Positions 50,111-62,718 of a stretch of DNA of 64,000 nucleotides are shown piece by piece. The notes beneath the pieces are model-generated. The model did no database searches. It had not been told where the DNA came from and saw only the letters and a program-made list of their open reading frames with translations. Origin of the DNA: Octopus vulgaris. Its lineage: Eukaryota. A program made the translations under genes and the position numbers. Numbering within the stretch: position 1 is the first letter of the stretch; each line of letters begins with the position of its first letter. Location: NCBI GenBank assembly GCA_951406725.2, contig OX597816.1, positions 146,754,001 to 146,818,000 of the forward strand. The letters are read 5' to 3'.

Positions 50111-53100
50111 GATTTCAGTGTATACTTAGACACTGAGATACTGAGTCCGAGGAAGAAAGTAGGAAAGATCTAGATGGTTAGAGTGAGCGATTTAAGCAAT
50201 GCAGTCACATAAGCCTAATATATTATACGTAAACTTCCAGATATTATTTCAATGCTAGCAAATTGCCGAAATGTAGTTGATTTGTAATCGATAAATATAT
50301 GGTCTCAGGAAACTAATATCTCAACAACATTAACAATACATCTTATGAGAAAACCTGAAAGATGAAAATAAGTAATATATAAGAAAACATAATCGTATTT
50401 TCAATTAAGATATGCCTTAAAGCGAAAACGATTCTATACTGTACGTTTATATAAGTCTATCAATATGTTATCAATTTATATGCAAAGACATGTATATATA
50501 ACGTTCTCTGCATTATATTTTGCCATTTCTTCTATTCATTGTGTGCGTGTGTGTTTCTATGTACGATTGTATAAGTGTATTTGTCCGTCAGTAATCATTT
50601 GCAAAAGAGATTTTACATATATTTGGTTTTAGCTGAAAGCTAGCTTAGATCTACTTGAAATCCATTTCCTGCTGTCCAAATACATTTTCTCAACCCATTG
50701 CACCTAATATTTCTCATAACTCTCCACTACATTCTAGAAAGCATAAGCAAATATCCGTACGCATTATATGATATCCTACAAATATTAATTGAACCAATTT
50801 TAACCCCTGAAGACATTATTTTAATTGCTCATACTGTTTTCTGAAACTATTTTATTCTATCGCATTGGCAGCAATGTTATTAACCTTGCCATTTTTCGCA
50901 ACATCACCATCTTCAATTATCCAATATGCTACGGAAGAAATAGAGTAATCACTTCGTACATTTTACACATTCTTCTACGTGAATATCTTTATTTTTTCCT
51001 TTCTTTATCTTATTTACAAAACGAAAAGTATTAAAGAGACTTCTAATAATATAATTGTTTTTTTTTTTTTTTGTTGTTTTCTTTGATTTTTTTTTTCTTG
51101 CTTCCAAATGTAATATTGATAATCGATTATCTTTTCATTGCATTCTGTATGTTTTATTTTATTTTATTTCTCTCTTCGAAAGAACTTTATTTCGTTTTCA
51201 TTGAAATTGGCTGCAAATAGGCTGTCCAATAATGCAACACTTCAATGTATTTTGTATAGGATTTGATTGTTTTATTTTTATTATAACTGTGGAACGAATC
51301 GCTAACTTTCCTAACGTAAATAAGACAAATGAACACGTACTTTACGTGTATTGTTGCCGCTGCTTATACGCACACATGTATATAAATACATACATATACA
51401 TACACATATATGCTTAAGTGTGTATATATATACTTATTTACCGAAGAATATTTTAGCACAACGGCAACACCTTTCTTTTTCTTTTTTTTTTTTTTTTTGC
51501 TTTCACATTCCATTCATATTTACTTACTATTTAATGTTTTACGTATTTCTTTTTGTGTTTTCGCTATTTTCGCTATTTTCGAGTTAGAGCAGTTGGCTAT
51601 TTGAAAGACGGATATGTAATTGATATTACAGAAGATAAGCAACTATTTTATCTCATCTCATTGCTTATTGAATTTGCTACAGATGTAATCTAATAGAGAT
51701 TGAAAAGTAGAATCAAGAGGACTGGATTGTGCAATTTATAAGAGATGTATGCGAATTCAAAAGAAGTTGATATAGAGGAATAGTGTTTATGTTGAATGAA
51801 AATAGGATTCAATATAAGAAGTATATACATATATATAGATTATGTAGTGAAATCAATAATAATTCCGACTTTATTACTCAATCTTTATCCACGAAGTTAT
51901 GTGAATGCAACTGTGTGATTAAATATAGAGTATAGTTACTAGAGCTGATGAGATTTAACAAACTATGAGATGTGTTAAAAATAAAATAGAAAGAAAATTG
52001 AGTGGAAATCGTAATAATTTCATTTATCACAGACTGATCGGAAATAATAATACGTGAGAATGTTAGTAAACACTTAGTAAATTAAACAAAACTTTCGTTG
52101 AGTAGCAATATTCTATTGTTTCCGAAGGTACGTTTCAATCCATAACCGCGGTTGTTTTGTTAAATTTCACATTTTCGCTTCTGTTTAGTTTTTATAATAC
52201 CTAACAAGTTTTAGAAAGCATTAGTATATTACACCTGGTGTTGACAACTTACCAAAATGTCGATGATTAGTATGAAATACTAGCGAATTTGGTGAATAAG
52301 AAATACCTTAGAATTTCAAATTACATCTATTGACGGGTGTGAATATAAAATAGACATTGATAAATACAACCATTCTATTTTACCCTGTACTGAAGAAGTA
52401 AATCTAATATCTCTGCTAGTATCTCATTTTTACAGGTATCACATTCATCCTTCGGGATTTTGCGAGCAAATCAGACATCTATGAGGCTATGATGCAAGTT
52501 GCTATTGTTGTTACTGTACTTGTTTACTACCACATCAAGTTTCATTGACCGGATTAAAGAGAGTTTGAGACAGCCACACTGGTTAAAGGAGTTTGAGACA
52601 GCGACACAGTCTAATTCTCAACCAGTACGCTTAGAAGTACATTAAGTAATGTTTCTTTAATCTTTAAAGACAGCACGTATCATACTGCGTCCCTCTTGGA
52701 GCACCGATGAACCTTCTTTTTGTATTCAAAACCCCTCTTAGACGAATTTGAATTAACGATATGTTTTCCATGAAGTGGCTAATAAGAGCAAAAGGACTAC
52801 GATGAACTAGCTGACTGATCAGGCAATTAATTAGGCAATTCATTTGTTAAATTAATAATCGGTTATGACTTTTTTTTCCATCTCAAGATTGTTACTATAT
52901 AGAGGCTTGGTCTCGAACAGACTTATCACTGAAATCGTTCTCAGTAATTAATTTTTAAATGGCTGTTTATTCTGTTTTGTCTGTTTTGTCGGTTTGCCTG
53001 TATACTAAAGGCAAAGCCGTAAAGAGACCAACACTGTTTGTCAAACGGTGATACGTAATTAAAACATCAAACATGAATGCGTATGCACACACACACACAC

Positions 53101-54624
53101 AAATACGCACGCGCACAAACACATATGTATATATGTATACAGAGAGTATGCTTATATGCAGATGGATACATAAATGAGTAGATAGCTACATACATACACA
53201 CATACATATATGGATACATATACACACATACATACATGGATGCATACATTCTCACAAGGAAAGTGTAGCATACAATTGATTTTATTACATATATCAAAAC
53301 TGTTTAATGAGCTTTCGAACACCTGAATATTGTTATGTTATATAATATGTGCAACTGCAGACTTAAGCTGTTATCATCATATTGTCACTTTTGAATGACA
53401 GCACATCAGACTCATATATTACATTATTTGTTTGAAACCTGTATTATCACAAATTTATACCAATAGCAAATATGTGTGCGTGTGTGTATGTGTTTGTATG
53501 TATACATCTTCCAATTGCGAAGAGACAGTTGCTTACAGATTATTTCATGCAACACGCTTGTTGCATAACGTAAATTTCCGGCAGTCCTCTAACCAACGAA
53601 ATTACTATTTTTATCGCTAAGAACAGAAATTATTAATAAAAGCTTAATACATTATAAATATGTCAGTACAAAGGAGTTACAAAAAAAACAATGTTTTTCT
53701 CTATATTATCTATTATATTGCAACAGAACATTTGTATAATTCGTCGAAATTTGGTGCTTTGATGCTTATTACGTGTATGTGAATGTGTGTATGATTATGT
53801 TTTTGTGAATGTTTGTATGTTTATGTGTGTGCTAGTATCAAGGTGCAGGTGTAATAGAATACTAGATGAATAATAAGGTATGTGGTGTAACTTTAGCCTG
53901 TGAACGTACCAAATTTATTAAGACAAATCACCTGTGAACACACCCAGTGTATTAAGGCAAATCATTTTATCTTAAAAAGAATTTACAATCCGAAATTTAG
54001 GTAACATAACAAGAAGTTACACACAATATCATACTTATATATGCAAAATATTGTAAAACTTAGAGAAAGAAATGTCGAAAGAAAGACTTCAGAAATAAGT
54101 TGAATGAGGAGTACAAGAGATTTTCTGTTTAGCCATGGACAAGGACCTGCAAAATATGCATGCATGAGTGCTTCAAATCGTGGAATCACCAATAAACTTG
54201 TGAATTATATTCTTCAACTCTCAACATTCAAATTTAGGCCATGATCACATTCGTTCACAGAATTTACTATTACAATCTAACACACACTCAAAAATTAAAG
54301 ATTAATATATCTATTCATATAGCATATAATTCTGTAATATACAAATTACATACATATACATTTGCATATATATGCACACCAACATTAACAGTCAAAAATA
54401 TTTGTACACTAATTTATATATACATGCATGTTTTTCTCTTGGTTGTCGGTCGTCTGGGTGTTTTGATAATCTGTTGACTTTGTAAACAGCTTATAAAGGT
54501 GGGACAACAGGCTTAAGGCGCGATAGATTTTTAAATTGCATTTATCAACCATCTTAAGCATGATAGTATTTGAGTCTTTTCACAGTGAAGGTAGTTTAAC
54601 CTCCATCACTTACGATTAAACCGC

Positions 54625-54890
54625 ATGAAAACAATTAGAGCTTGGAAGCGTTGAAATTGAGGAAGTAAAGAAATAAAGGAAAGAACCACGTTTACGTGGG
54701 GCAAACAGCGAAGACGCGCCGATATATGCATGCTAAAATCTCAAAGAGAAAAGGGCAGGGTGCAAGGCACTTAACGCAATGAAGAATGAACTCAAAACAA
54801 AACTAGACAATGTCATACGTACCAGACTCTTCAATAGCACCGTCCTACCAGCGCTCTTATACGCAAGTGAGACGAGAGCTACTACGAATG
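54625..54890 (+). mobile_element. RTE-clade LINE fragment
   Basis: KRAGCKALNAMKNELKTKLDNVIRTRLFNSTVLPALLYASETRATT (RTE thumb-region motif LFxSxVLPALxYASETW). Confidence 0.8.
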
Positions 54891-54913
54891 CTTACATTTA
54901 TACACATGTATAT

Positions 54914-55080
54914 GCATGGCTTAGTAGTTAGGGTTTCGATTGCTGGACCGGATGATGCATGGTGCTGTTGAGCAAAACACTTAATTTCACATTGCTCCAT
55001 GCCACTCAGCTTGTGAAGGAACGATGTTCCGCCCAGGTGGGGATTGTATATGCTATGAAAAGTGGAAAACCGACCCTATA
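54914..55080 (+). mobile_element. SINE family D, degenerate
   Basis: gcatggcttagtagttagggtttcgattgctggaccgg...gttgagcaaaacacttaatttcacattgctccatgccactcagc. Confidence 0.65.
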
Positions 55081-55700
55081 AGTCTACATGTATATATACG
55101 TGTTTGCGTGTGTGTGAGTGTGTGTGTGAGTGTGTGTGCGTGTGTGTGTGTGACTAAATTCATAAAGTGAAACCGTTAAACCGATAAATCTTTTAACTTA
55201 GGCGATAGTTATTAGTAAGGCATGTCATGATGTTATTAAAATAGAATTTTGATTATTTTCATCTTTGATCTTCACAAATGTTTGTTGGTTTGCATGTTTC
55301 TTTCAAGTTTTCATTGTTTTATAAGCAAATTGATCAGCAAATAGAAATTTTAATCCATGTTACACATAATAGTAGGAAATACCCTAAATAACAACAATAA
55401 GAAACTGACCAGCTAAAACATACCATCTGCATACAGTCTTCTGTTAATCCATAAAAATATTATTCTTGTTTAAGAATAATATAAATATAATATACATATA
55501 TACATATATACAAACATATATGTATATATAATATAAATAATATATATATATGCATATATACGTACGTATATGTACATAGTTACATATATATATATACCGG
55601 AGTAAACACATAAATGTGAAACAAGGTGGAAAAAAGTGTACTCCAATACCAGTGGTAGAGTAATATGCTTTATTTAAAGCAGCAGAAAATTCAACAAAAT

Positions 55701-55738
55701 CTGTTACTCTGAGTTTCTCGTTGCCGTTCATCAGACAG
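55701..55738 (-). ncRNA. Minimal type-I hammerhead ribozyme motif
   Basis: Minus strand CUGU-CUGAUGA-ACG-GCAA-CGA-GAAA-CUCAGAG-UA-ACAG. Canonical core, helix II capped by GCAA (A.A at its base), helix III ACUC-A-GAGU, GUA site, helix I CUGU/ACAG. Confidence 0.8.
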
Positions 55739-55765
55739 TTTTTGCTAGGATTTTTGTAGCAAAAA

Positions 55766-55803
55766 CTGTCTGATGAACGCCAACGAGAAACTCAGAGTAA
55801 CAG
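55766..55803 (+). ncRNA. Minimal type-I hammerhead ribozyme motif (inverted partner)
   Basis: CTGT-CTGATGA-ACG-CCAA-CGA-GAAA-CTCAGAG-TA-ACAG. Confidence 0.8.
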
Positions 55804-55835
55804 ATTTTGTTGAATTTTCTGCTGCCTTATATAAA

Positions 55836-55900
<65 letters not shown>

Positions 55901-55903
55901 TAT

Positions 55904-55959
<56 letters not shown>

Positions 55960-55961
<2 letters not shown>

Positions 55962-56275
55962 GGGTACAGGACGTCATAGAACGTAAACAACATGAAATGC
56001 AAAATGCGAAAACATGGAATGCGAACTTTTATTCTGAAGAACGAAGGAAACAAATGGAAAACAAAACAAATAACATAAAGAACGACCCTTCATCAGCTGT
56101 CGGTTGTTTTATCTACTCCGCATTTTGAGCAATTGCGACAAGAAGCACCTTCGTCGAAACAGCTGCTCCTACAAATTATCCTAAGTGAAATTTGGGATTT
56201 GCGGAGTGTCACAAATTCAAACGAAAAGAGGACAGTGAAAACTAAGCCATAACGAGGTGACGAGGAGAACGTTGA
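55960..56275 (-). mobile_element. Putative PLE pLTR fragment with two degenerate hammerhead-like cores
   Basis: Bounded by (TA)n. The minus strand has acagCTGATGAaggg...gacgtcctgt and gctgttTCGACGAag...ctcAAAAtgcggagta. Confidence 0.4.
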
Positions 56276-56287
56276 TATATATATATA

Positions 56288-56543
56288 ATTAATTAATAAG
56301 GGTGAGAGAATTAGATACTAATTTAATAGTATACCTATTCAACACCAAGTGGCCAGTGCAAAGAAACCTGGATTTTAATAATATTTTATACATAAATATA
56401 AGAGAGTGATCAAAATGTGGCTCACTCTTGCACTAGAAATAGATCCAATAGGTTTCAACCACAAAATGGGAAACATTTATTTTGTGGTTGAAACCTATTG
56501 GATCTATTTCTAGTGCAAGAGTGAGCCACAATTTGATCACTCT

Positions 56544-56549
<6 letters not shown>
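56288..56549. mobile_element. Fold-back element (palindrome 56397-56549 plus left extension) in (TA)n, putative PLE derivative
   Basis: ~73-bp arms with about one mismatch. GAAACC lies next to the centre. Confidence 0.7.
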
Positions 56550-56615
<66 letters not shown>

Positions 56616-56924
56616 TACATATATACATATATACATATATTTATTATATATATACACACTCACATATATATGTGTGTGTGCGTGTGTATATTACATCTCT
56701 AATGGCTCTATATGAGTGCTACTATCTGGAAGTATATAATCATATGCGTCAGCATGGCCGCAAATGTGAGCTGAAACTACAGAAAAGTATATATGTGCGT
56801 GTGCGTGTGTGTGTGTGAATGTGTGTATTTATTATCCATATATATATATAAATACATATATATATACACACACACATACATACATGCATACATACATGCA
56901 TACATACATACACACACACACACT

Positions 56925-56957
<33 letters not shown>

Positions 56958-58214
56958 GCTTCCAGATAGTACCACTCATATAAAACCATTAGAGGTGTAA
57001 TTTAAAAATCTGAAGTATGGAAGTTAGCTAGATGTTTTAATTGTCCGGGAATTTTAAGATGCTTCAAATACTCGAAAATTAATTGCTTTCTAAAAATGAC
57101 TGTCGGCACTTTTCGGTTTCGTAGAAAAACATGTTAAAATAGCTTTGTATATGGCAAATGGCACCGAAGTAAATTATGAATGTAAATGAATCTGGCTCCT
57201 ATACACAATAAAATTGTGCATACCAACGCATGTTGCGTGATTAAACACATTGTTTATGGTATTATTGAAGGATCGCTGAACGGAAATGACTATTGTTCTG
57301 TGAACTACTTTTATCTTCCTGTTTCATACAAAATGCACATAGTTTTCCATGCACATGTATGCACAGAGGCACAAACAAGTATATATTCATAAAGCTACAT
57401 ATAAATCCTCATATATATATATATATATATATAGTGCTTAAATATGCAGATATATTAATTTGTACACAGATATATATATATATATATTTACACATGCATA
57501 TATCTATATGAGTGCGTGTGTGTATATATGTATATATGTATACATGCATTCATGCACATGTATATGCTTAAGTATTCTACATTTAATGGCATTTTTACAG
57601 TTATATCCATATATCCTCTATCATATCATAATTGAATTTTTTTTTCAAGCAAGCATTTACATTTAAAATGTAGTATTTATTTTTGTATAATTAATTCAAA
57701 ATTGCGCAGATGTTTTTGAGACTAATGCCCGTTTCAATAATTTAATTCAGACAAATCTATAAATATTCTTGGCTCTAGGATATTATATATGGTTTTACAA
57801 AATATGTTTAAGCTTTATTTAGAAGAAACAAACATATCGTACTCAGTCAGGACTGGTGTACTGCATACATACACGCACGCACGTACAAAAAAAAGCACGG
57901 AGAAACGTGCAATGGTGCTGTACACACACATACGCATTCACACAGAGGACATATGAACACACGTACACACACGCAGATGATATATACACACACACACACA
58001 CACACTCGCACGCACACACACTCGCACACACACACACTCGCACACACACACACGTACGCACACTCGTATGTAATTTTGTTATGAAGATTTATAAGAATCA
58101 AGGCACAACAAATAGTAGGACACCACAAATGGTTAGGTACAAATGATAGGAAAGTGTGTAGACATCGCTGCACTGAGATACTGGAAATACTAAAATGTTC
58201 AGGTAATGTATTTA

Positions 58215-58425
58215 ACAAATCTCTGCCCTCGTGGCACTAAATAGGCTACAGAAAATCGCTGAGAAGGTATACCCCGAATCTCAGTGTGCTTTCAGAGCAA
58301 ATCACTCCACTATCGACATAGTCTTCTCTCCCCGGCAGCTACAGGAAACGTGCTGGCTGCATAGACAACCACTCTCTATCACCTTCATCGACCTCAGAAA
58401 GGCTTTTGACTTAGTAGAGACGGCT
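58215..58425 (+). mobile_element. RTE (BovB-like) reverse transcriptase fragment
   Basis: ALNRLQKIAEKVYPESQCAFRANHSTIDIVFSPRQLQETC...FIDLRKAFDLV. Confidence 0.9.
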
Positions 58426-58446
58426 TGTTCAATATATATATATATA

Positions 58447-58512
<66 letters not shown>

Positions 58513-58539
58513 TGTATGTATGTGTGTTTATGTATGTAA

Positions 58540-58872
58540 GGTCCCAGCTCTCACCTCTAGATTGAGGACCTTATATTGCAATAGCTTGGGATTCGAGGGC
58601 CCACAAATATTTGATGCCCTGCAAAACATCTGAAGTATATTCATGGAGTGAGGGTGGGTGTTTTCAAGAAACAACTTATTCTACTGCTATCCAATGTCCA
58701 GGATGAACCAATATCAAGGCAAGAAGCAGAAATTGGGGGTAGCAGTGTCGATCTATCTCCTTCACAGAAAACCAATCACCTAAGAATGGCCATTGAAAAG
58801 GTTAATAGACTGGTGGTGCCCCAGCATGGCCACAACCTTAGGGCTTCACCATAATAGAGTAAAAGAATAAAG
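58540..58872 (+). mobile_element. 3' end of a CR1/L2-group LINE (related to 7151-8099)
   Basis: SRLRTLYCNSLGFEGPQIFDAL...HGVRVGVFKKQL...VQDEP, compared with SRYRTIYCDSLGFRGPQLFNIL...HGVDADVFKVGL...VPDEP. Tail ggtggtgccccagcatggccac. Confidence 0.85.
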
Positions 58873-59097
58873 TGCACCTGTGTGTGCGCGTGTGCATATT
58901 ATGCGTATTATTTAATATCTTTCGTTTCTGCCATTGGACTGAGTATACGCTAGGGGTTCGTCGTGAAGTGTCTTCGTCGAACAAATAGTCGCTTACGCTG
59001 TTAATTATTCGTTCATAATTTTTGGCCGAACTTCTGGCTCATAGAAGCACAGACTCCGTTTGACAAGTTGAGGTGCGGGACAAAGATAGACACAAAG

Positions 59098-59145
<48 letters not shown>

Positions 59146-59378
59146 AATATGCACATACATACACACACTCACACATACACAGGCACACATTTCTTTCAGT
59201 TGCATTCTCTCAGAGTCACGCACAAAGCTTCAAGCCTATATAATTTACTAGAACTTGGGTCACAATGTGACTATTTAGTTTCAGTAAGCCATATGCTCTA
59301 CAGAATGTATTGAGCACTCTATTAATTCAACATAATATTCGAATCAGTGTATTTGTGTATATGAGTGTGTGTTTCTCT

Positions 59379-59417
<39 letters not shown>

Positions 59418-61167
59418 TGTGTGCGTGTACATATACATACATGTATATGTGTGTCTAACAAACTGATTGATGCATGAAAGTTGAGACGTAGTTAATGGTT
59501 CAGGAATTTCAAGGTACTTGAAAATTAATTGGTTTTCGTAGACATCTCCCGGCGGTTTTGTTCTGCCTCTCATCCGGGATAACAATTACTGATAGGTTAG
59601 CATTTAAAAATTTTTCTCTAGATGATAAATGCATCGGAAAGCACAAATAATCATATGCTGAATGAGACTCATAAAATATATTTGCATTATACGCACCTGT
59701 TCTTTTGTTTATTTTGTTATGCAGAATTATTCCGTGAAAGGAAAGAAAATATGCCACCACATATTAACACTCTATTTTTATACTGTGCAAAACAATTCAT
59801 AGTTGTATAAGGCAGTAAGAAAAGAAAGAATTAATGTTCATATTCATGATATAAATAAAGATTCTACTAATTTGAAATCCGTCGAGACATGTTCAAATGT
59901 AAATGAAGTTTACATTTCAAGTGTCTCCGATTTTATATGGCAAAATATATTAATTGTAAATACTAAGTATGTTTGAGTAAGTGAATGTAAATACAGCTGT
60001 GCTTCACTGAGTTGTTATAAAGAGCCTCATAAATACCTTCACACTTGCAAAAACACAAAGAATTCCACTCAGAGAAACACATAAAACGCACTGAAAAGCA
60101 CAACAGCAAACACATAGAAACAAGCTTGTGAATACGGGAGCATACTTATGCACAAACACACACACACGTGCGCGTGCATACACGCAAACAGACACATAAT
60201 GCACACGCACATAAATGCTCACATATACTCACACATACTCACACATAGATATACACATACAGCCTGAACTTAACTGAAAACACATACAAGATAAAGCAGA
60301 ACCACGTAAAAAGTACTTCCAGTCTGAAATACACACATATGAATATATATTCAGGCACAGATATGTGTATAGTGAAGACATTCACTACGCAGCTACATGG
60401 TTCTTTGTTCACTTCCATTGCAAGGCATCTTGCTCATGAGCATACCGACCTTTGTATAGGAGTTTTGGTTGAAAAGTCTTGCAGAGGCCTACAAAGTGTG
60501 TGCACATATTTTCCCTCTTGCCTTTCATTCTACATGTCTTCCTTCCATGAAACACCGTCCCATACTCATACTCAGATACACACACTGCTATTACAACCTC
60601 AATACTCTTTTAGCCTTCCCTTTTACCTCACACGTAATCATTCCCAAACTTTCACACACTCAATGCAGTTATATACACAAACCAACAACTCGCACCTGCA
60701 CTAACCTCTACCATATCATTTCAACACTTTCAGACATTTACATATAAACACGCTCTTTACATACCAGACATACAACCCATTATACGAATATCGAAACTCC
60801 GTTACATAGTAATGTGTACACTGTCACACGTTCCTCTACCGTTCTTAACTCCCTTCCGCATTTATAAAATGGCTGCTGAGGCCTATCCGATCGTCATTCC
60901 TTTCTTACTTTTCCTTCATCTCAACCACTATTCTTCTTTCTCACTCCTCTATACATTTCTTCTGCTGTAGCACTAACATTCTAAATACTGTATCTTTCAC
61001 CCTCCCTCTTTTAAACGCAAATTTAATGAAATATTGATGATACCACTAGTTCCTTTGTTGTCTAACCGTTTTTTATTTAGGTTCATAACATTTAAAATGT
61101 GTGCGTGTGTGTGTGTGTGTTCTTTGATACACACAATATTTTCTGACACAAGAGATCATAAATTATA

Positions 61168-61312
61168 AATTCCTTTCTACTATAGGCACATGGCCTGAAA
61201 TTTGGGGACAGGGGATTAGTCGATAAAATTGTCCTCCATGTTTAGCCTGTACTTATTTTGCTGACACCGAAAAGATAAAAGGCAAAGTTGATCTGGTCGG
61301 CATTTGAACGCG
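61168..61312 (-). mobile_element. SINE family C, degenerate
   Basis: ctataggcacatggcctgaaatttgggg...gtacttattttgctgacaccgaaaagataaaaggcaaagttgatctggtcggcatttgaac. Confidence 0.75.
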
Positions 61313-61566
61313 GCTTCTTAAGTTAAATATAAATAAACAAAGGTGGTGGTGGGAAATTCCTTTACAAATGGTGAAGGAAATTTGTTAAAGCGTTGCGATG
61401 TTTTCAGGCCCTTGTAGCTCTTACATTACAAAAGAAGTTAATATTCGAAATATAATTAGCACTTTCACCTACTCTGAGCTTCAAACCAACAATTTATACA
61501 GAATTAGATTTGTCATTTTTACTTTCTTTTACGCTACAAATATACATACATACGTACATACATACA

Positions 61567-61600
<34 letters not shown>

Positions 61601-61673
61601 ATATCTGGGCACACATGCACACACGTTTGTTTGCGTGTGTATTTTTTATATATAAAGAAGCACGTTCACTCAC

Positions 61674-61722
<49 letters not shown>

Positions 61723-62002
61723 CATACATGCAAGTTTACATGCATATATACATGCATAATATATATCTCGTTCTGCATGTAGCCGAATCAATATGTTTAA
61801 ATGCTTGCCACAATAAACATATACGTCAATTGAGTGGCTCCGAGGAAGTTGTTAGTAGGCGCACGGGCAATCAGCTCTCAAAAGCAGAGACAGCTATCAG
61901 TCATGGAAGTGATTATGTAATTCCTGCGATTTTGTCAGTTTCTCATTTATTAATCTATGCTACGCTTTTTACATCACTGACGCATAAACAATCACCAAAT
62001 AC

Positions 62003-62082
<80 letters not shown>

Positions 62083-62110
62083 GTTAGTTGAAACACTCCA
62101 GTCATAATCT

Positions 62111-62155
62111 GGGACCTTGAAGACTGCTATAACGCATGAAAGTATACTAGTCTCC
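62111..62155 (+). ncRNA. Degenerate hammerhead motif in a ~135-bp insert (62084-62218) between (TA)n tracts
   Basis: GGGAC-C-TTGAAGA-cTGC-tataac-GCAt-GAAA-GTATAC-TA-GTCTCC. Helix III is the perfect palindrome AGTATACT and helix I is GGGAC/GTCTC. C3 appears mutated. Confidence 0.55.
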
Positions 62156-62215
62156 TAATATTTTATGTTCAACATTTCATCTATTCAATAAGACAATCAA
62201 TACTTCATTTCATTT

Positions 62216-62253
<38 letters not shown>

Positions 62254-62339
62254 TATACTATATATTCTATATTCTACATTAATATTATAAAAAATATAAA
62301 TAAAACAAAAAACAGATAGAGTTGGATTTTTTAAAAATA

Positions 62340-62418
<79 letters not shown>

Positions 62419-62509
62419 AAATAAATGCGAAACACGGTGGAAGAATAGTACTCGAATATCAGAGGTAGAGTAATATGCTTTATTAAAAAGGAGCAAAAAT
62501 ATCACAAAA

Positions 62510-62547
62510 CTGTTACTCAGAGTTTCACGTTCTCGTTCGTCGGACAG
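62510..62547 (-). ncRNA. Minimal type-I hammerhead ribozyme motif
   Basis: Minus strand CUGU-CCGACGA-ACG-AGAA-CGU-GAAA-CUCUGAG-UA-ACAG, with a 3-bp helix II and a U4C variant. Confidence 0.72.
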
Positions 62548-62585
62548 TTTTGTTTAAAACTAAAACTATTTTGTTTTAATCAAAA

Positions 62586-62623
62586 CTGTCCGAAGAAAGG
62601 GAGCGTGAAACTCTGAGTAACAG
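62586..62623 (+). ncRNA. Hammerhead motif, inverted partner, helix II decayed
   Basis: CTGT-CCGAAGA-AAGGGAGCGT-GAAA-CTCTGAG-TA-ACAG. Confidence 0.55.
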
Positions 62624-62675
62624 TTTTTGTGATATTTTTGCTGCTCTTAATAAAGTGTGTGTGTGTGTATATGTG

Positions 62676-62718
<43 letters not shown>

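Larger units (their letters stand above)
55597..55836. mobile_element. PLE-derived fold-back element (palindrome 55668-55836 plus ~70-bp left extension) in (TA)n
   Basis: ~80-bp near-perfect arms. Homologous over its whole length to 62415-62655. Confidence 0.8.
62415..62655. mobile_element. PLE-derived fold-back element (palindrome 62478-62655 plus left extension), same family as 55597-55836
   Basis: ataaatgcgaaacacggtggaa...ggtagagtaatatgctttatt is shared. The arms are inverted around a ~20-nt AT spacer. Confidence 0.8.

Noticed and set aside
52436-52548. Possible host exon after a tttttacag acceptor (ITFILRDFASKSDIYEAMMQVAIVVTVLVYYHIKFH*)
   Set aside because: No recognisable homology, and no donor or partner exons were identified. 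It would need RNA-seq support.
52549-52612. Short two-copy tandem duplications (also 53897-53964, 38993-39011, 47332-47356)
   Set aside because: Ordinary slippage duplications without further structure.
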